Shown piece after piece: positions 45,986-64,000 of a stretch of 64,000 bases of DNA. The DNA is taken from NCBI GenBank assembly GCA_002269645.1, contig NIVC01001677.1:187586-251585 (forward strand), given 5' to 3'. The notes below the pieces were generated by a model. The model was not told the origin of the DNA. It made no database searches and saw nothing but the letters and a program-made list of their open reading frames with translations. Both the position numbers and the translations under genes were made by a program. How positions within the stretch are numbered: position 1 is the stretch's first letter; every line of letters starts with the position of its first letter. This DNA is from Macrostomum lignano. Lineage: Eukaryota.

Positions 45986-48900
45986 ATTATATGCAATTAT
46001 TCTTATTTGTTACTAGTAGGCCCTATCTATTACTAAAGTAGCTAATATTACCACAATAGCTATTATTGGAATGGCTATTACTAAAACAAAATGGACTAGA
46101 CCTATTAATTTATAGTAGAAAAGGCTTAGTTGGAATTTTTTAAATAAACTAAGCCTATCATAGGTTATCCAACTAATATTTTGGTCCATATCTATAATAC
46201 AGATATGATGATTTTTGAAAAAAAAACAATATAGTTCTATTTTTAATTAACAAACATACATGCCTAACACTCATCTGTCTTGTCCAAACTAGACAGGTGA
46301 AATGGCTGCTGGCCAAGGTAAGTCACAAAATCAAAAACACAAAAATTTGAAGAAAGGAGAGGAAGAGAAAAGGAAAAGAAAGGAAGGAAAAGAGAGTGAG
46401 GATTGAGGAGAAAGAAGAGAGAGAAAGAGAAAAAGAAGAAAAAAGAAAAAAGCAAGAAAAGTCATATACAAAATGAAAATTAAGTCACAATTGGGGCGAA
46501 CTAAATTGCAATTAAGAGGAACTGAGTTGCAAATCTGGACAAAACTAAGTTGCACCAGACAGGTGAAATTGGTATTGGACCAAGACCACTACATACCAAG
46601 ACTGCTATACTTAGGGGAATCTAATGAAGAAATTTGGCTTAATGTTTTATTAGATAGAGCTAGAATTAAAAGGAGACAAATAGATAAGAGAGCCAATAAG
46701 ACAAGGCTACAAAAAAGAAACTTATGAAAGGAATTGCAATGCTAGAAAATTGGTAATTCTATCTCAATACTATACCAAAAGCCAATAATAGCTGTGGCAG
46801 TCTTAGTATGTGGCAGTTTTAGTCATAGGCCTATGCCATAAAATTGTAAGGTTGGGCATGTATGTTAACAAAGAAAATTTGTTAGAAACTTTTGCTTAAT
46901 ATAACTTTGTATTGATTTAATAGTGCAATTTATTTTTAATTAGTTTCTATTTGGTTTAATGATAAATAAGTAAGTCTATTACATCTGTCCTATTATATTA
47001 CCTAGGCCTAGGCCTAATACTAGTAATAGAGGTTAGACAATATCATATAAGCCTATATTTATAAGATTTTTTAGTCTTAAGATCTATACTTTTAAAATAA
47101 TAGAGATTCAATTAATATTCAAGTTAAGTTTAATTGAGATCTAGCCATCTAATAAGCCTTCTTATATTATTCTATCTTATTTAGCTTAGTAGGCCCTACT
47201 AATAATAGATATTATTATTTATTTATTAAATATATGCATAATGATAATAGGCCTAATAGAGGAAAAAACAATTAATACATAATATTAAGCTTGTTAGTAA
47301 CTTGACATATATCAAATATAAATAATATGATGAAATAATATTAATATTAATATCATCTCATCATAGTCAACATTAGTCACATCACATAGTCCTAGATTTT
47401 GAGATCTCAAAACCAAGATCAAGATTGAGAAAAGTGCCAAGATCTTGTCTTAACAATTGAGATCAAGATTGAGATCTGGTTTAACCCCTACTGACTAGTT
47501 CCCAGTGAGCTCCGCGAAGCGCGTGTCCTTGGGTTTGTGGGGTGAGCGGAGCGAACGCGCGAGGCACAAAGTGCCGAGCATGAGGAACAAACAGCCAGCC
47601 AATGCGCGAAGCGCATTGGGTGGTCTGGCTTGTGACGAATATAATAATATGAGACGTGTGCATCGAAAAAATGACAAGAAAAATCTCACAAAAACTGCTG
47701 TAACTTCAAAACTACAAGTGCGAATTTCACAAGTGAGGTGTCATTTTAAAGAGAAGAATCTGATCTATTTAACGAGTATAGTTTTGTATGGATTCACTGC
47801 GGAGAAAAGGAACAGGCTTCAGTTGAAATGTTTGTCTTAAGATTATGTCTTTACAAAAGTGCATTTCCTCATGCACATTAAAACTCGAGCTAAAAATGTT
47901 CGAGGGTTATAGGTGCGCCTTACTAAGATGCATAACATTATTGGGTTGTTTTTTTCAATTGTATCAAAAAGTTGGCACTTTGGTTGCAAAAAATGCAAAA
48001 ATTGAAAATGTACTTTTACATTTTTTTGCATTTTTTTCTATACTGCTAATAGTTAAGCATACATACTATGCACCAATTGATGCGCAATTCAAAGATACAC
48101 AAGTGTGGAAGTTTTCAATTCTTAGACATTTGAAATCAGAAAGTTATCGACGAAAGACTAAAAATCATGATCTCAAACTGATTTGAGGAAAAGTGCTCAT
48201 TATAATTTTTGGAATATGGAAGAAACAATTCAACGCCGTCATCTAATTCCAAACTAACTGTACTTTAAGGTACTGCGATGATTTTTTTATTGAAAGAGCG
48301 AAACCTGTTTAAATATTTGAAAAAATGGAAAAAAAGTACCTTTTTTTCATAGAAATACACTCTTTTGACTGCTTAATCCGATTTCCAACAACAAAATAGT
48401 TGCTTTCCTGCTGGTGCAAACCGTTATTAGGGTGAATTTTCAAAATTGCATACTGTGCCAAAAGTAAACTGAAGCTTAATATTTATAAACATTAGAAACG
48501 GGACCACTAATGGGTATTTTACTTTGGTTACTTACTATGGACTAAACTGGCACTGGCAGAGACAGATTTGAGAGAAACTAATTGCTCCATTGTATTTGTA
48601 TTTGGCTCCAGCGTTACAAATTACAATAGCTATTTCGGGGTCTAACCGGCTAAGTTATCAAAAAAGCTAGATACCAATCACCAGTTTCATCATCAGCTAT
48701 ACCTACCACGATTTTATAGTCACATGCAACAGTAATACCCTCCTTTAAAAGTTTTCAATATCTAAAATGATGTGTTAAATTTTATAAAATTTCATAAACA
48801 GTGAAATTTTAGCTGTTTACGTGCTGGTGGTTTGAACGTAGCTACTTTGTGCGAAAATACACTGTCATTAATACCGTACCTATTATTGTATTTATTGTAT

Positions 48901-51900
48901 TGAAAGTTGATGTGTAAATTGTACTTTTCTATTTTTTTGTCATTCGTTATCGCACTCGGGCCGGCCTGCCTGCCTTGTGGGGTGTGGTGGCCTTGGCCAC
49001 TTTCTCCCCCTTCTGCTAGGATCCAAAGCAAGCTTTCAAGTGTACATTTAATATTATCGATCGATTATTTAAAACAAGCCTCTAGTGGCTGGTGTTGAGA
49101 GTGAGTGGCCTTGAGTGTACGCGAAAGCAAGAGGAAGCCCATGGGCGGACTATATGAACCTTCCTTTAGTGGAAAGTTGGGCCTTGTGCATTGGATAGTG
49201 TACGCTACACAAGACAGAAGGTAAAGAGAAAGAGAATGACAGGCTAGCCAATAGCGATAGCATGTGCTTCTTTCTCTCCAGTCCACTATGGTAGGGGGGG
49301 GAGGGGGGTGTCAGACGGCCCAACTCTAACCCCCATACCCAAAACAGCGTACATGTAGAATAAGAAGGGATTGGGTCCAGATAAGTCTTCCCAAATGTAC
49401 ATGTATGTACAAAGACAAACACAGACAAGAAAAATGGCTCTAAAAACCATTGTTATTGTTACACTGTGTGTCTATTTTTATTAACTTGACTTTGACTTGT
49501 CTTTACTCTAGCATGGTCAAGGATAATTACTGTTACTTCATACCTAATTTACAATTAATTGCATAAGATTAAGAAGGAATAATACAATCGAGGTCGAACC
49601 CATGATCACTTGACCCACCCACCCATGATCACTTCTGATTCTGACCTACATGTATCTACTATATCCTGCCAGTTTCTCCAGTTTTATGGGTCTTGGTGTC
49701 GGTGATTCGAGCAATTCCATTACATTTTATCGGTGCAGTGCGTCTATTAATGCTTAGCTACTTGTATATGTGTTGCAGAACTTATGCTCGTAGTTTCCCT
49801 TCTAGGGATGTTGACCCCGGGAGTGCTCCCCGGGGAGCTTGTCGGGGAATACTCTCCGGGGAATTTAACCGGGGTCCCCGATAAGATAATTCCCTGGGGA
49901 ATCGACATCCCTAATTCCCTTCCTATAAATCATTTGACGTTAGAGACATTTTACAACTCTCGCCCTACTTTATCTATTAGGCTAACTTTATGTATGACAC
50001 GACGCAAAATATTAGGAGCATCAGCGTTAATAATGCCTTGAAAGTCTTTAAATAATCGATACAACACTAGGTATTATAAAATTCCAACCCCAAAGCTCAC
50101 TGGGGCGAAAAGACTTTGTCTTCATTAACTAGTCTGGGTTTACCCACCAGATTGATAGTCAGACTGTGCTAGAGACAAATCTTTCAAGCCATACCATTCT
50201 GCGCAAATTTTAATTAGATTTCTAAGAAAATAAGTAAAATTTTAAAATGTGCAACAGTAAAAGATCGCTATTTTTGTTACTACTACTACTGGGCCTACTC
50301 ATCTCAAGCTTAACTCAAATAAGTAATATGCTAGACTCGTTAGGACTCTACGACTACATGGTACAATTTTAAGCCACGTCTTATTGGGTCAGCCCCCCTA
50401 GCCACATCTAAAAAAGATAGGCCTAAGCAGACAAATTTTCAAAACACGACTCTATTGAAGGCGGATATTGAAGATTTTCTATAAGAAACAACTTTGCTGC
50501 ATCTAGTCGTAGTTACAGAAGCGATCAAAATCCATCTAAAATGTAATCTAGACTCTAGACTAAATTCAAGATCTAAACAAGACGAAAAGTACAAAATCAA
50601 GTCCTAGACTAGGTCAAGGTGTCAAACAGACAAAACTAACTTCACATGACAGTGTTGAATATAGACCTACTGGTACTTTTTTGTGCCTCGCTTTTGTCAA
50701 TAGGTGATATCTACTTTTAGCTGAGGTAGGTGTAAGATGATATACCAAAACTAATTAATATAATTTCATAACTAATACACGTTTTAAAATTATGCTGAAA
50801 TACTTTTGTTCAAATAAAAGCATGAATGCTGGGTAAAACAAAGTAGAAACTTTTCTTTAAAGGTAATTTGTGATGCATATTGTTTTTTGTTTTGTTTCTT
50901 TTTTTAAAACATTAATTATTAAAGCAGTTGCATTTTATTAAAAACGAAAAAATAAACATTTTCACATTTGTATTAGCATCATGGAACTTTTAATCGTTTA
51001 AAATCAAGGCACTTTTACGATTTTATCGAAAATCAATTCTTAATCTTAGCTTAGCTAATTACTATCTGACTAAATTACAAGGAAAAAACCTACATATTTT
51101 TAAAAAAATTCTTGTATGGTTAATTCTATATGTATGTTTAAAAGCTTATTTCATTTACATGCACCACAGTAGCTAGTGACTAGTGTTGTCAGTTGTCTAC
51201 AACATAAACGACTACCCGTCCCTGGGCTGTTGCTGCTGTATGGTGTTCTGTACCCAGAATGGTTTTATAAAAAAACCACTTGACACAGCTTCAATGTGTT
51301 TTACTTGCTCGTAACTAGACCTAATTTGATATGATAGGCCTGTAGGCTAGGCTATGAGTATGTATGTCATCAATTAATATAACTTTAAACTTTTTAATCA
51401 TTTATTAGGTGCACTTTGTATTTATTATACAATTTAGTCTAAGTATGGTTTTATGTTATGTTTTTTAATTAATAATTAGTATATTACTTTTTTATTCATA
51501 TTATAAGCTATAATTATCTTATAATTTAATACTTATACTTATAGACCTATTTGTATTAATTTAATTTTTAAAATGACTATAGCTAAATAGAGAACAAGAG
51601 TGAGAATGCAAGAGCTAATGCTCAAACCAAGGTATAAAAACCCTTAGCAAGTAGAAGAGGAGGGCTATTGTAAACAAAAGAATAGAAAGAATATAATGCA
51701 CATTCCCCACAAATACCATTTATTTACAAAAGTGCAAAAGTATACCCTCTAGTAGAGCCTCGTAGGGTAACTAAAGCTTGTTTGCAAATTGGTCATTGGT
51801 GCGCCTTAATGCAAACTGAGGCATCTATAGCTTTTTTCTAAGAATAAGAACATTGAAAAATATAATTAAAAATACCAATTATGTATGCATCTTAGACAAA

Positions 51901-52330
51901 ACTTAAGGTTTAGATTGAAATGAATACAATATATTATTGAATAACTAAAGAGTGATTATAGGAAGTATTTTACTTTTACTTTATTAAAACAACTTTTTTC
52001 CATTTTTCTTTTTCTAGAATATATAAGTAATTTAGTTTAGGGGTTTTTATAATTTATTTTTTTGATTTAGATGATAAATCATTAGGGGCAAAAAGACAAA
52101 AAGTTTATGTCTATATTTTAGAAAAAAATATCTTAATTGTATTTTTATAGGACTCTAATTATAGGTTTTCTAGAAAGAAAAAGCTAACCCCTTCTTTTTT
52201 CTTTATAAGTAAAAAATAAACTTTTTTATTTTTAAAGTATATAGTATAATATATCAAAGAAATTATCTAATCAGTTTATTGATACAAAAACAAAGCAATA
52301 ATTTAATAAAGATTAAAGAAGAAGATTGAA

Positions 52331-52563
52331 GGTTGAATTCCCAATTCTATTAGAACAATTTATGTCCTTGAGCAAGACATTTCACAATACTTTATTCTAC
52401 ATTGCTTTAGTTCACCTAACTATAAAATGTGTACCAACATTAGCTAGGATAATTGAGGATATATGGGCACCCTATAGTCCCTAGACTAAACAGCCATATG
52501 CAGCCTTCCTATGCACTACTCAATAACTATAGCTAAACTATTAATTGCATATCTGGCCTAATT
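52331..52563 (+). mobile_element. Heavily C->T/G->A mutated copy of the SINE at 16195-16460
   Basis: Collinear by-eye alignment from the B-box region to the 3' end. Confidence 0.85.
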
Positions 52564-53009
52564 ACATATCCACTTGTAAAAGCAGAGTTGATTAAGCACA
52601 AGCATAGCTTATTGTAAATCTTAAATAATAATCAATAAGGATTAATTTAATAGCAAGAAATCATCTATGCATGATTGAACTTGATGCTTCCTTTTTCTTA
52701 TCTGCTACATGCTTGTCTCATATGCTAAGGATAAAATGCTTAATAAGTCTATCTAAACTGACAGCCATAGGCCATGCACCTGTCAAGTAATTGAAGAAAT
52801 TATTATTATATATGAATTTTCAAGCAAGCCACCTCACCTCGCTGTATTGGCCCAATTTGATGAAATACTGTGCTTAAATCTTGAACGTGGAACTTGTAGT
52901 GTGAGAAACCCGTCACCTGCACACTTGGCACTCCCCCCATACTCACCCTCCCTTACTGGCATTATCGAATCTCTTTAAATCGGCGCCCACTCTGCTAAAA
53001 CCAGCTGCA

Positions 53010-63405
<10,396 letters not shown>

Positions 63406-63434
63406 GTAAGTTAATTCGTTAGTTTGTAATAATT

Positions 63435-64000
63435 GCTGGAATCAGTAGGTCAGTGAGTCAATCAGTAGGTCAGTGAGTCAATCAGTAGGTCAGTGAGTCA
63501 ATCAGTAGGTCAGTGAGTTAGTCAGTAGGTCACTGAGTCAATCAGTAGGTCACTGAGTCAATCAGTAGGTCTGTGAGTCAATCAGTAGGTCAGTGAGTCA
63601 ATCAGTAGGTCAGTGAGTCAATCAGTAGGTCAGTGAGTTAGTCAGTAGGTCACTGAGTCAATCAGTAGGTCACTGAGTCAATCAGTAGGTCTGTGAGTCA
63701 ATCAGTAGGTCAGTGAGTTAATCAGTAGGTCAGTGAGTTAATCAGTAGGTCAGTGAGTCAATCAGTAGGTCAGTGAGTTAATCAGTAGGTCAGTGAGTCA
63801 ATCAGTAGGTCAGTGAGTCAATCAGTAGGTCAGTGAGTTAATCAATAGGTCAGTGAGTCAATCAGTAGGTCAGTGAGTCAATCAGTAGGTCAGTGAGTCA
63901 ATCAGTAGGTCAGTGAGTCAATCAGTAGGTCAGTGAGTTAGTCAGTAGGTCAGTGAGTTAATCAGTAGGTCACTGAGTCAGTGGGTCAACGAGTCAATCA
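63435..64000 (+). repeat. 20-bp minisatellite AATCAGTAGGTCAGTGAGTC
   Basis: About 27 copies starting ~30 nt after the donor at 63406. Confidence 0.97.

Noticed and set aside
47480-48510. Possible DNA transposon with GCGAAGCGC-type motifs
   Set aside because: I could not define matching termini or a TSD by eye.

Overview
Eukaryotic (animal) genomic DNA with GT-AG spliced genes. CpG-rich exons, dense intron-specific minisatellites and the codon style are consistent with a free-living flatworm such as Macrostomum; this is inference, not a database result. Genes reconstructed by hand with consistent splice phases: (1) an 18-exon + strand gene (2920-30703) encoding a TBC/Rab-GAP-like domain plus C2-like regions, with an intronless antisense C-type lectin/PAN gene nested in intron 5; (2) a - strand single-pass Thr/Pro-rich mucin-like gene; (3) a - strand p66/GATAD2 (NuRD subunit) homolog; (4) a THAP-domain ORF; (5) the 5' part of an adenylate cyclase 9-like gene, with a second, spliced THAP gene nested antisense in its intron 2. 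Mobile DNA includes two copies of a tRNA-derived SINE, a 1.8-kb TIR transposon and several fold-back/MITE elements. Two patterns stand out. (A) Introns are either minimal (72-86 bp) or filled by their own private minisatellite, often starting right at the splice site, and many converge on ~600 bp regardless of unit size. (B) A CpG-depleted, TpA-rich domain holds a SINE copy with strongly directional C->T/G->A changes, including CpA->TpA and CpG->TpA double hits, resembling fungal RIP. All counts and alignments were done by eye and need computational confirmation.
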